Below are positions 10,458-20,921 of a stretch of DNA of 64,000 nt, piece by piece. The first letter of the stretch is position 1. Each line of letters opens with the position of its first letter. This stretch comes from an uncultured delta proteobacterium (GTDB taxonomy: Bacteria; Desulfobacterota; Binatia; Bin18). The notes below the pieces were generated by a model. It ran no database searches and was not told where the DNA came from. It worked only from the letters and a program-made list of their open reading frames with translations. The stretch covers positions 196,848 through 260,847 of the forward strand of contig CAVTCR010000059.1 of the NCBI GenBank assembly GCA_963733195.1, written 5' to 3'. The translations under genes and the position numbers were made by a program.

Positions 10458-11459
10458 ATGATTCGTACAACCGTTATCGGTAGTTGGCCGTTGCCGGAAA
10501 TGTATCGCGAACGGTTATTACAATACCACCGTGGAACCTTGCCTGAGATGTTGGTGAAACCCACATTGGCAGGCGCTGCTGAGATTGCCATTCGCGAACA
10601 GAAGGCGACCGGAGTTACCCAGTTCATGGGTGGAGAGTTCTTTGCGGAAGTCTTCATTCAACATCTTCCGCGAAAACTGACTGGGGTAAAGTTGCACAAG
10701 CCGCAAGCCTCAGAGCTGAGAGCGTACACTGATGTTGCTGAATACGAGATCACCAGTGACATCGATGCACCTCATGGGCTTGGGTATGTAGAAGCGTTTC
10801 GACGAGAATCTCAACTTGCTCCAGATTTGCAGAAAGCCTCAATCCCGGGGCCTTTAGAATTGGTATCGCATTTGCGACCGCTACCAGCAGCAGAAGCGCA
10901 GCTTGCCAAGGCCATCGTCATTGTCAATCGTGAAATACGGAACATAGCGGCGACAGGTGCGCGAGAAATCCAGCTCGATATCCCATTTATTGCTATTCGC
11001 TCAGTTCTTGGACAGCTGACGCCTGAGTTTGCTGTGGACCTCATTGCGCAAAGCTTTGCTGGTGTTAGCGTTACCAAAACTATCCATTGCTGCTTGGGAG
11101 ATCTTGGGTCACGATCAGCGATTTCTGTCCATAATTTGCACGCATTGATGCCGTTCGTGAAACAATTAGCAGGCGTTGTTCATAAGGTGCACCTGGAATG
11201 CTCTCATCCTGGTCAATGGGCAGACCGTGCTTGCCTTCGTGATATTCCGAAAGAACTCGAAGTGATTGCCGGCGTTGTAGATGTCAAGACACCAGTCGAA
11301 ACGACCGACGAGATTGCCGAACACATCCGTGAAGTGCTGCGGTTCATTGAACCTGAACGATTATGGATTGCACCATCCTGTGGCTTTGGCCGACGACGAA
11401 CCACTGATATCGCGGTCGGTAAACTCTCTCGCATGGTTGAAGCCGCGAAGCGGTTCTAA
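10458..11459 (+). CDS. Cobalamin-independent methionine synthase II (MetE C-terminal, single-barrel) family protein
   Basis: TTVIGSWP, EIQLDIP, Zn ligands IHCC...E...APSCG and GVVDVK...VET; 333 aa. Confidence 0.85.
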   Translation: MIRTTVIGSWPLPEMYRERLLQYHRGTLPEMLVKPTLAGAAEIAIREQKATGVTQFMGGEFFAEVFIQHLPRKLTGVKLHKPQASELRAYTDVAEYEITSDIDAPHGLGYVEAFRRESQLAPDLQKASIPGPLELVSHLRPLPAAEAQLAKAIVIVNREIRNIAATGAREIQLDIPFIAIRSVLGQLTPEFAVDLIAQSFAGVSVTKTIHCCLGDLGSRSAISVHNLHALMPFVKQLAGVVHKVHLECSHPGQWADRACLRDIPKELEVIAGVVDVKTPVETTDEIAEHIREVLRFIEPERLWIAPSCGFGRRRTTDIAVGKLSRMVEAAKRF

Positions 11460-11540
11460 AACGCATAACGTAAAACACAAGGGGAGGGGTGATTACGCAT
11501 TACGTTTTACGTGTTACGTGGTGCGTGCTACGTGTTACAC
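11458..11540. repeat. Heptamer (TTACGTG-type) repeat hairpin; related runs at about 10404-10445 and 22885-22925
   Basis: Visible 7-nt periodicity (ttacgca ttacgtt ttacgtg ttacgtg). Confidence 0.55.
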
Positions 11541-11578
11541 ACTAAACCTTTAGTCCTTGTTGGAAAGGAATTCCACGC

Positions 11579-13252
11579 ATGAGCCGTGACCAAAATTTGG
11601 CCGTTGCACAGTCAACGGAGCTGAAACCGATCGAAGACATTGCTGCCCGTCTGTCTCTTCCTGCTGAATATCTCGAACCATATGGACGAGTAAAAGCCAA
11701 GATCGCGCTTGAGGCCTTTTCTACGGCATCTAACCGACCAACTGGAAAACTCATTCTTGTTTCCGCTATCAATCCGACTCCAGCAGGCGAAGGCAAAACG
11801 ACGACGACTATCGGTTTGGGCCAAGCCCTAGCGCAGTTGGGAAAAAAGGCGACGGTTGCCGTGCGTGAGCCGTCGATGGGGCCAGTGTTTGGTGTCAAAG
11901 GTGGGGGCTGTGGTGGTGGCCGCTCGCAAGTCCTACCGATGGAGGACATTAACCTTCACTTCACTGGTGATATGCATGCGGTGACCTCGGCGCATAATCT
12001 CCTTTCCGCCATGCTCGATAACGCACTGTTCCATGGCCAGGTTGATCTTGATGTGCGTCGGGTTCGTTGGCGGCGTGTGATGGATATGAACGACCGGGCC
12101 CTACGGCAGATCACTATTGGTTTGGGCGGAGCGCTCATGGGGGTGCCACGAGAAGACGGGTTCGACATTACCGCTGCTTCCGAAGTGATGGCGATTCTCT
12201 GTCTCACAAATGGGCCGGTAGACCTGATCGAGCGGCTCTCACGCATTGTGATTGGTTTTTCTAGTAAGGGGAATGCGGTCACTGCTCGCGATGTGCAAGC
12301 TGCTGACTCGATGGCGATTATTCTTAAAGACGCACTGAAGCCAAACCTGGTACAGACCGTTGAAGGTGTTCCCGCCTTTGTCCATGGCGGGCCTTTTGGG
12401 AACATTGCGCATGGCTGCAATAGCATTATCGCCACGCGTTTGGCCTTGAGTTATGCTGACTACGTTGTTACTGAAGCCGGTTTCGGGTTCGATCTTGGTG
12501 GGGAAAAATTCTTCGATATTAAGTGTCGTGCTGCGAACTTATGGCCATCAGCCGTCGTCCTTGTGGCGACAGTCAAAGCCCTCAAGATGCACGGCGGTAC
12601 CCCGGTCAGCGACGTGAACAAGCCTGATCTCAAGACACTAAAACTTGGCATGGGTAATCTCGCCAAACACGCGGAAAGCGTCCGCGAATTCGGTGTCCAG
12701 CCAATCGTCGCTATCAATCGCTTTGCCATAGATACGGAAGATGAACTGAAGCTTGTCGTTGAAGAATGTCGAGCGCTTGGTTTAGAAGCCCGCGTGATCG
12801 ATGTCTTCGGGCATGGTGGTGAAGGTGGCCTGCCGCTCGCCGAAGCAGTGGTAGAAGTCTGCAAAGGAGCGACACCAACTCCGAAGTTCCTTTATCCGCT
12901 CGAAGCCTCTATCGAAGATAAAATTCGTACAATTGCCCAGAAGATTTATGGCGCTGCAGATATTGCCCTCCTCCCACGTGCACGTACTGACCTCGACCGG
13001 ATTAACGCCCTGGGCTACAGCAAAGTACCGATCTGCATGGCCAAGACACAGATGTCACTTTCTGACGACCCCAAGCTGTATGGCCGTCCGCGTGATTTCA
13101 CTCTCACTGTCCGTGAAATTCGCCTCTCGGCTGGAGCCGGTTTCTGTGTCCCGCTGACGGGAGAAATGCTCACGATGCCCGGCCTTGCGGCAAAACCAGC
13201 AGCGTTCGGTATGCGGATGGATGCGGATGGAAAGATTTCTGGGATGTTTTGA
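11579..13252 (+). CDS. fhs: Formate--tetrahydrofolate ligase
   Basis: NPTPAGEGKTTT, PMEDINLHFTGD, VHGGPFGNIAHGCNS, TEAGFG and CMAKTQ motifs; 557 aa. Confidence 0.98.
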   Translation: MSRDQNLAVAQSTELKPIEDIAARLSLPAEYLEPYGRVKAKIALEAFSTASNRPTGKLILVSAINPTPAGEGKTTTTIGLGQALAQLGKKATVAVREPSMGPVFGVKGGGCGGGRSQVLPMEDINLHFTGDMHAVTSAHNLLSAMLDNALFHGQVDLDVRRVRWRRVMDMNDRALRQITIGLGGALMGVPREDGFDITAASEVMAILCLTNGPVDLIERLSRIVIGFSSKGNAVTARDVQAADSMAIILKDALKPNLVQTVEGVPAFVHGGPFGNIAHGCNSIIATRLALSYADYVVTEAGFGFDLGGEKFFDIKCRAANLWPSAVVLVATVKALKMHGGTPVSDVNKPDLKTLKLGMGNLAKHAESVREFGVQPIVAINRFAIDTEDELKLVVEECRALGLEARVIDVFGHGGEGGLPLAEAVVEVCKGATPTPKFLYPLEASIEDKIRTIAQKIYGAADIALLPRARTDLDRINALGYSKVPICMAKTQMSLSDDPKLYGRPRDFTLTVREIRLSAGAGFCVPLTGEMLTMPGLAAKPAAFGMRMDADGKISGMF

Positions 13253-13428
13253 CCTCAGCTAGTTTGCCGGAAACGCTTTGGTTTTCTCCCGGTCTGCCGT
13301 TTCCCCGAGGGAATCCTGGATTTTGTCATGCATCCGATATAAATACTGTGTTGACACTTACCTTTGCTTTGTGGCATGGTTGCCTAAATAACTTGAATGA
13401 ATGTTCAATTTTTTAAGGAGGGTCACAC

Positions 13429-15141
13429 ATGGCTGATTTTGATGTTCTCATTCGTGGTGGCACCGTCGTTGATGGTAGTCGTTCACCTCGTTATCTCGCT
13501 GATGTTGGCATTAAGAACGGGAAAGTTGCCAAGATTGGCAAACTCAACCCCAGCGATGCCAAGAAAACGCTCGATGCTAATGGGTTAATCGTCGCTCCTG
13601 GCTTTATCGATCTACATACCCATTATGATGCGCAGATCAACTGGGATCCCTATTGCACCCTGTCGGGCTGGCATGGCGTGACCTCGATTGTAGTAGGAAA
13701 CTGCGGGTTTGGTTTTGCTCCATGCAAACCGGAACTGCGCGATCGAGCCATGCTTACTATGTCGCGCGTGGAAGCGATTCCGTTTGATTCAATGAAAGCG
13801 GGCATGAAGTGGGATTGGGTCACTTTTCCTGACTGGATGAATTTCCTCGATCGCACGCCGAAGGGTCTGAATGTCCTCAGTTTTGTTCCACTTGCACCGA
13901 TCATGATTTGGACAATGGGACTCGAAGCGGCGAAGAGCCGTGGCGCGACCGACAAAGAAATGCAAGAGATGTGTCGCATTGTCGAAGAAGCGCTTAATGC
14001 AGGTGGCTGTGGCATCTCGGCGCAACGCTTAGGTAATGGTTTTGTCTCGGTGCAGCGTGATTATGACGGCACTCCCATGGTGACAGATACAATGTCGGAT
14101 GACGACATGCTGTCCTTCGCCAAAGTGCTTGCCAAACGTAATGAAGGCTTCATCCAACTCACCCAATCGAGTCCAGAATTCCAACAGGATATGGACTTCT
14201 ACGATAAGTTGGCTGACGTATCCGGCCGTCCGATTCTGTTCAACGCGACTGCCGTGCGTGACGATCGTCCATCGATCCATCGCCGCATCCTGCGCTGGAT
14301 AGAAAAGACCAACAAAGCTGGCCGCAAAATTTACAACCAGACCGCTGTCATGCGCCAGGGACTCTATTTCACCTTTGGTGATATGAACCTGTTCGATGGT
14401 AACGATGCGTGGCGTGAAGCGACGATGGGCACGCCGACCGAGCGACTGATGAAGCTCAAGAATCCTGCCATGCGGCAAGCGTTGGTCGCCGATTACGACA
14501 CCGGCCACACCCCAATCGTAACGGGTTCTTTCAAGGACTTTACCATTGAATCTGTCGGTGATCCGAAGTTGCAGAAGTATGTTGGCAAGACTGTTGAAGA
14601 GATCGCTAAAGCGGAGAACAAGCATCCAGTCGAAGCGATGCTCGATATTGCCATTGCCGACAATCTCCGGACCGAATTTGAAACACCTGCTCGCAACATG
14701 CGTGAAGATTATGCTGCTGAACTCATGTCCTCGGAACATAGCATCGCCGGGGTGTCGGATGGTGGTGCGCATACTAAGTTCATCACCATTGGTGCGTATC
14801 CGACTGACATGCTCTCCTGGATGGTGCGTGATGCGGGCTTCATGAGCCTGGAAGAAGCGCATTATCGCCTCAGTGGGATGCCGGCACAGTGCGCAGGCTT
14901 TCAGGATCGTGGCGTCCTCAAAGAAGGCGCGCCGGCAGACGTAGTCGTCTACGATCTACAGAACCTGAAACTCACGCCGAGCAAGCCAAAGGTCGTGCAT
15001 GACTTCCCGGCTGGCGAATGGCGGCGCGTACAATACGCTGAAGGCTATCGCTGGATCATGGTCAACGGCGACGTGACCTTCGAAGACGGCAAGTGCACCA
15101 ACGCCACGCCTGGCAAACTCCTCCGCCACGGGCGCGGGTAG
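13429..15141 (+). CDS. N-acyl-D-amino-acid deacylase-like amidohydrolase
   Basis: APGFIDLHTHYDAQ, GNCGFGFAP and SDGGAH motifs; AAGGAGG RBS. Confidence 0.9.
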   Translation: MADFDVLIRGGTVVDGSRSPRYLADVGIKNGKVAKIGKLNPSDAKKTLDANGLIVAPGFIDLHTHYDAQINWDPYCTLSGWHGVTSIVVGNCGFGFAPCKPELRDRAMLTMSRVEAIPFDSMKAGMKWDWVTFPDWMNFLDRTPKGLNVLSFVPLAPIMIWTMGLEAAKSRGATDKEMQEMCRIVEEALNAGGCGISAQRLGNGFVSVQRDYDGTPMVTDTMSDDDMLSFAKVLAKRNEGFIQLTQSSPEFQQDMDFYDKLADVSGRPILFNATAVRDDRPSIHRRILRWIEKTNKAGRKIYNQTAVMRQGLYFTFGDMNLFDGNDAWREATMGTPTERLMKLKNPAMRQALVADYDTGHTPIVTGSFKDFTIESVGDPKLQKYVGKTVEEIAKAENKHPVEAMLDIAIADNLRTEFETPARNMREDYAAELMSSEHSIAGVSDGGAHTKFITIGAYPTDMLSWMVRDAGFMSLEEAHYRLSGMPAQCAGFQDRGVLKEGAPADVVVYDLQNLKLTPSKPKVVHDFPAGEWRRVQYAEGYRWIMVNGDVTFEDGKCTNATPGKLLRHGRG

Positions 15142-15167
15142 CAATCACTTACCTCTCTACTTGGGTT

Positions 15168-15300
15168 CCCTCTCCCCTTGCGGGAGAGCTTGTCCTTCGC
15201 GTAGTCGGAGGAGGCCAGGGTGAGGGGGAGTTTGTTTTTGTAAGGGCAGCCCGATGTGGCTGCCCTTTTCATTTTGTTGGGGCACGGCACGCCGTGCCCT
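15168..15300. repeat. Cluster of REP-like palindromes
   Basis: CCCTCTCCCCTTGCGGGAGAG...GGGTGAGGGGG (15168-15228), GTAAGGGCAGCC..GGCTGCCCTT (15240) and GTTGGGGCACGGCACGCCGTGCCCT (15276). Confidence 0.6.
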
Positions 15301-15533
15301 TTTTTTCGCCATCAGCGCTGTCGTATACGCTGTGCGCATTCTTCTGTTTAGTGCGAGGTGTCAACAATCATTGACACCCACAGCGCTGTGTCCCTAAGAA
15401 AACCTACAAGAATATTGCTGGTATGTCGCTTGCTGTAACTGCGAGAAGAAGGAGCTTGCATTGTGATGTTCTTGCTGAACTAAAAGCGTTCGTTCGCGAA
15501 CGGTCAGACGATTTTTCACAAGGGGAATACACT

Positions 15534-17640
15534 ATGGAATTCGATATGGTTTTCGAAGGCGGTGGCGCGAAAGGAATGGCATTTGTTGGTGCTTTAAGAG
15601 CGTTAGAAGCGGGCGCGGCATACTCACCGACGCCTCATTGGGACTTCTGCGGGGGCAATTACTGCGACCCTACTAGCAGTCGGGTATAACGCCAAAAAAA
15701 TGGAACAGGAACTGGAGGTTGCATCGTGAGTTTTCCCAAGGGAAAGCGCGCGTTTGCCAACGGTCATGGACGACTCCTGACAGGCGGCATACACTATGAA
15801 CTCGACATGGTTTTCGAAGGCGTTGGCGCGAACAAGCATGGCACTATGTAGCTGCTTCACGGAGCGTTAGAAGCCGACGGGCACACTCACGACGCCTCAT
15901 TGGGACTTCTCGGGGGCAATTACTGCGACCCTACTAGCAGTCGGGCATAACGCCAAAAAAATCAGCAAAGGACTGGGGAAGACTAGGACTTAAAGGAAAA
16001 CCCGTGTTTCGTCCAAGTTCAAGGAGGCGGGTTCTATGGCCAGCGATGCGCTGGTCGGTGATATCTGCCACTTTAGCTTCAACACTGATCAGGCGGACAG
16101 CGATTTGGATGAAAGGGGCGATGCCTGTGACAACTGCCACACAGTCGCCAACCTTGATCAGGCGGACAGTGACGGGGATGGCCTGGGCGATGCCTGTGAC
16201 AACTGCCACACGGTCGCTAACACTGATCAAACAGACTCGGATGGGGACGGCATTGGGGACGTGTGTGAAGACGAGGATGGGGATGGGGTGATCGCTATTC
16301 TAGACAACTGCCCCACGGTCGCTAACCCCGACCAGGCGGATAACGATTTCGATGGCCTGGGCGATGTGTGTGACCACACCGCGGTCCACGACCTGGCCAT
16401 CGAGAGCCTCAAAGCCTCCAACGTCACTATTCAACGGAAGGTGGGCTCCGGCACCATTAACGCCAATGTGAGCGTTGATAACCTACAAAATCACCCCGAG
16501 CAGGCCTTCCTTAACGTTGCCCTCACCGGGTTGCCTAGTGGGTGCCAGGTGACCGCCTTCACTGCTGAGCTTCTAAACCAGCTAAGGAAGACATTTGAAG
16601 AGCAGCATCACTATGAAGCATCTTCAAGTGAGATGAACAGCTTGACTCATCAAGGAACGAGTCTCCTCGACACTGAGCATGGAAAGTGCGCTCGAGACAA
16701 AAAAATCATCAAAGCACTGGATGAAACTGCAAATGAGAGGCTTATCCGACGCTCTTATTCGAATTCCTTGAACGAGGCGGGTTATATGCCGGCAATGCGT
16801 TTCTCACCTGGCTCACAGAGAGTACTTCAACGAACAACAACCAGGCTTTGCTAGTCTGACGCTTCGAACAATTGCACAAAGAAACCGGTAAAGATCTCAG
16901 CCTTGTTGCTACTGATACCACTGCGCATGAGATGCTCATGCTCAATCATCGTACTGCGCCCAAATGCCCTGTAGTGTGGGCGGTGCGTATGTCAATGAGT
17001 ATTCCTTTTGCTTGGCAAGAAGTGCGGTGGCTGCCTGCATGGGGATCCTATCGCCTGCTGAATACCAATGGCACCACTATAGAGAAAGAGATTGATCTTA
17101 CCGGCCACGCCATTGTTGATGGCGGGGTATTATCAAATTTCTCCTATCAATTTGTTCACATCTTTTCAGCCCTCGATCATGGGGAGTACACTGGCCGAGC
17201 CGCAAAAAAAGTCCTTGGGTTGCTTATCGATGAGATCGCTCCTCGTCAATGGCGCACCCCTCCTCCGAAAGGATCGAGAGCCTGAAAGCCCCGACGTCAC
17301 GATAACGGAAGTGGCTACGGCACGATGAGGCCAAGTGAGACGTGAAGAATTACAGATCACGCAGCAGCCTTGCTTAACGCTGCTACGTGTTAAATACCAT
17401 GATGGACGCCTCACGAGAAGACGCGAGCCTCAAGCGGCTAAGAGCATCAAGTGTGGCAACGATCATTGCCGGCAAAGGACCTATGGAGTACGAACAGTGG
17501 ACACTATTTGATATGACTGATGCAGAAAAAAAGCGCTTGTGGATGCCGCACGAGCAAGCACAACAAAAGTCCATTTACAAGGGCGCAAGCCTGAGTATCA
17601 ATGCTCATTCCGTCGTGCCAATGCGCTTCATGCTTTGATA
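15534..17640 (+). pseudogene. Patatin-like phospholipase, fragmented, 5' part duplicated, interrupted by a TSP3 segment
   Basis: MEFDMVFEGGGAKG (oxyanion hole) and GTSAG (nucleophile) at about 15534-15700, repeated at about 15796-15960. AVRMSMSIP and DGG occur in ORF 16872..17285. Confidence 0.7.
16036..16560 (+). pseudogene. Thrombospondin type-3 (Ca-binding) repeat fragment
   Basis: Repeated [17 protein letters not shown] units. No signal peptide. Embedded within the patatin gene. Confidence 0.7.
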
Positions 17641-17731
17641 GAGCTCAGCACGAACGGAAAAGGTGCTGCGATTTCGCTACTCGCACCCGTTCAGGGCCCT
17701 GTAGCCTGTCGAAGGTGCCAATGCGCTTCAT
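17615..17731. repeat. Palindromic REP-like unit flanked by a 17-bp direct repeat
   Basis: GTGCCAATGCGCTTCAT at 17615 and 17715, enclosing CTCAGCACGAACGG...CCGTTC...GCCTGTCGAAG. Confidence 0.65.
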
Positions 17732-17753
17732 TTCAGAAAGGAACACTATAGGT

Positions 17754-19040
17754 TCACTCAAACCGTTTCTCTCCCGTTGCAAACAAATCCCAAACCACCG
17801 TACCTACCAACATCACGCCAATCGCTAGATAGAAAACCATATTCCAGTCACCGGTCCATTTGACGATAAATCCGGTGATGATCGGTGCGAGAATGCCGGG
17901 AACCGTGGCCGCGGTGTTGGTCATGCCGACTAATGCACCTGCGTACTTTGGTCCAATATCAAGGTGGTTAATCCCCATTCCTGGAGAGAAGCAGGCGAGA
18001 AACCCGAGTCCGAAAGTAATGCAGAGTACCGCGAGCATCGGTGAGACAACGTGGGTCAACAAGAATAAGCAGATCGCTGCGCCAACAAAGGCGACAGTTT
18101 GCCACAGTTTGCGAACGAAAGTGATACTGGTACCGCGCCGAATCATGCCGTCAGCTAGCCATGCTGAGCCGTTGCCGAAGAACAGCATGGCAATGTACGG
18201 GAACGTGGCGTAGAGGCCCATTTCACTCAGCGAGAACCCACGTGCTTGGACTAGATACACAGGGAGCCAGGTTAAGAACGTGTACCATGTCCAGTTGGTA
18301 CAAAAATGCGCGCAGAGCAGCGCCCAGAAGGCACGTTCGTGCAGAATCCGACTCCAGGGAATCACTTCTGCCTTAGGAGTCACATGCTGTCCTTCAAGAA
18401 TGTGCTCCAACTCTTGCTGTGAAATCCGCGGGTGATCCTCTGGATTACTTGTCACAAGAAGATACCACGCGGCACTCCAGACGAGTCCCAGCGCACCGAA
18501 CAGATAGAACACCCACGGCCAGCCAATATGCGTCATGATCCACACCGCCGTCGGAAAAGCGATGGCGAGACCGATATACATGCCACTAGCCAATACAGCT
18601 CCGACACGTGAGCGTTCGCTAGCAGGAACCCAGCGCGCCATGGTGGTGTAAAGACACGGTGGGCTCATACCTTCGCCTAAGCCCAGCGCGACGCGAACAG
18701 CAATCATCGTCGACGTGATAGTGGCAAATGGCGTGAGCATTGTGACTAATGACCACCACGCGACTGCGCCGCCGAGGATGCCCTTAGTGCCCCAGCGATC
18801 CGATAACCAACCGCCAGGGATTTGCGTGAGAAAGTAACCGACAAAGAAGGCCGAGAGTACCGTTCCCATCACCGCCGGGTCCCAGCCGAACTCCTGCATG
18901 AGCACCGGCGCGACAACCGAGATGTTGACACGGTCCATGTAGAGGATCACGACGCTCAGGCACAGAAGGGTGACCACCGTGAGCCGCTGTGGCCATCGCT
19001 GTACACGGATTGCCATCACCGCTTGAGATGACGTCGCCAT
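17754..19040 (-). CDS. MFS transporter, ACS (anion:cation symporter) family
   Basis: YMDRVNIS, QIPGGWLSDRWG, P.DHPRIS..EL and GMTNTAATVPG motifs. Confidence 0.92.
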   Translation of the reverse strand: MATSSQAVMAIRVQRWPQRLTVVTLLCLSVVILYMDRVNISVVAPVLMQEFGWDPAVMGTVLSAFFVGYFLTQIPGGWLSDRWGTKGILGGAVAWWSLVTMLTPFATITSTMIAVRVALGLGEGMSPPCLYTTMARWVPASERSRVGAVLASGMYIGLAIAFPTAVWIMTHIGWPWVFYLFGALGLVWSAAWYLLVTSNPEDHPRISQQELEHILEGQHVTPKAEVIPWSRILHERAFWALLCAHFCTNWTWYTFLTWLPVYLVQARGFSLSEMGLYATFPYIAMLFFGNGSAWLADGMIRRGTSITFVRKLWQTVAFVGAAICLFLLTHVVSPMLAVLCITFGLGFLACFSPGMGINHLDIGPKYAGALVGMTNTAATVPGILAPIITGFIVKWTGDWNMVFYLAIGVMLVGTVVWDLFATGEKRFE

Positions 19041-19095
19041 CGGGCCTCCTTTTTGTCAGTACGGAGTAGGGGGCGCAGACGTGCCCCCTAACGGC

Positions 19096-19425
19096 TTACC
19101 GATTATGGGTTGGTACGAAACGTGTCGCGTCGTAGCCGTCCGCTACACTTGGTTGTTTGAACAACTCCACAGCTGACGCGACCTCGGCTAAAGAGAACGT
19201 CAGATGCAACAACCGCTGTGCGTCCGCAGGCATGGCGTCGAACGAGAATTGGTCGAGATACGCGATGGCTGCATCCATGTGTGGAAGGATAACATCGTAG
19301 AACGCTTGGATTTCTGCCATCGAACTCGACAGGCGTTTACGCTGACGGTCTGACTCAGTCGCCAATGACCAGGCAATAAACGGCTCCAGATCGGCAAATG
19401 CTGTTGGTAACTGTCGCTCAGACAT
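19096..19425 (-). CDS. Small conserved hypothetical protein downstream of the Rieske oxygenase
   Basis: 109 aa, LPTAFADLEPF..W.L..E..R..KR..SSM.EIQAFYD; operonic spacing. Confidence 0.75.
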   Translation of the reverse strand: MSERQLPTAFADLEPFIAWSLATESDRQRKRLSSSMAEIQAFYDVILPHMDAAIAYLDQFSFDAMPADAQRLLHLTFSLAEVASAVELFKQPSVADGYDATRFVPTHNR

Positions 19426-19450
19426 ACGCTCTACCCTCTCTCCTCCGGTT

Positions 19451-20690
19451 CTATCTCTCGCGATAGAAACCAACGTGATCCTCGTGCACTTTGTGATCGT
19501 GGCGAATGAGAATTTCCTGATCTTGCAGGATGAAATGGGTTTTCGCTCCTGACGCCAGGACCTGCTGGGTGTTCTCCAGCGTATTAGCGTCTTCCATCAA
19601 CACGTCACGAAAGAAGGATTTACTGTATTCTTGACTGAAACGTTGCCCAACGTTCTGAGGCTGTGGAAGATAATAGCGCACTTCCCACAAGGTGCGATCA
19701 ACCGCCAGCGGCCACATGTTGTAGGTGAAATACGACCCTTCGGAGACATCGACGAAGAAGTTCGGGAAGACGACGTTCAAATCCAACGCCCAAGCGGGAT
19801 GTCGCGTGGGATTGACCCCTGGCGGCAACGAATCGGTCGAAAATTCTTCACGAATCAGTAAGGCGCCGAAGCGATAGGCTAACGCTTCAACCGGCGTCGG
19901 TCGATGTTCGGAGTTGCCAAACACTGACATGGTATGGTGACGGGGATAGAGTTTGTAATCGAGCCCGTGCGCGAACGGATTGCTCTTGCCGGTGAACGCA
20001 TCGGGAATAGACCGTTTATGGAGAAATGCCACATGATAGGCTTCTTGGAAGGCATCCTTGAGGATCTTCCAGTTGGCACGCAACTCCGTCTGCCACGAGT
20101 AGCAGACCGCCGAATGTTTCGTGAATGGATAGCCCTCTAAATTTTGCGCCCATTCACCGAGATACTCTTTCAGACTTTCCTGTGGTTGTGGGTCGAGGTT
20201 AATGAAGATGAACCCTTGCCAGGTATCGGTAGCCACAGGTGTCAGGCCATGGTTCGCTTTTCTTGAGTTCAAAGAAGTTCTCTTCATCTGGAACGAACGT
20301 CAGCTTTCCTTCCAGATTATACGTCCAGCCATGAAACTTGCAGGAAAAGTTCTGACACGAGCCACGCTGATCCCATGCGAGTTTATTGCTGCGATGGGAG
20401 CACACATTGTGAAAAGCACGAATGCGCCCGTCTTTGCCACGAACAACAAGCAGTGAGGTTTTTCCGACCGGGAGATCCTTGACGAGATAATCGCCTGGTT
20501 TAGGAAGCTCTTCCTCGCGTCCAACATTGAGCCACACTTTGCGGAAAATGCGCTCGCGTTCCAGATCAAAATACTCTTGGGAGATATAGGGCTCGATCGG
20601 TACTGGACCGGTGCCGAGCTCTGGATACAAGTCATGCCACTTCTTGCCGTTTGGTGCTGCAGCTATTTCAGCTTTCGTGACTGCTGCCAT
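19451..20690 (-). CDS. Rieske non-heme iron oxygenase alpha subunit; frameshift near 20260
   Basis: Rieske ligands CSHR and CKFHGW; mononuclear Fe site NWK...DAFQEAYHVAFLH...ED. Split over ORFs 20199..20843 and 19451..20287. Confidence 0.92.
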
Positions 20691-20921
20691 AGAAAGCCCT
20701 CCTTTACGAGTCTGTGCTCGGGCGATTTCTCGCCTTGGTTTCCCCATTCCTGCCCTTCCCCATACCTCAACTACTCCCAAGATCGGTTTTGTAAAAGGGG
20801 GGATGCCAGGTAACCTCTGGCATAAATTCGTTGACAGCGCCATCGTAACTGACGTACAGTGCCGACATATCTCTTCCCGGTTTTTCTGCTTCTCCCTCTC
20901 ACCTGAAAAAAGGAGGTCGAC

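Noticed and set aside
16080-16375. Regularly spaced DNA repeats as a CRISPR array
   Set aside because: They are degenerate codon-level TSP3 protein repeats with no unique spacers and no cas genes.
15534-17640. Patatin as a CBASS (CapV-like) effector
   Set aside because: No CD-NTase or other defence gene is nearby.
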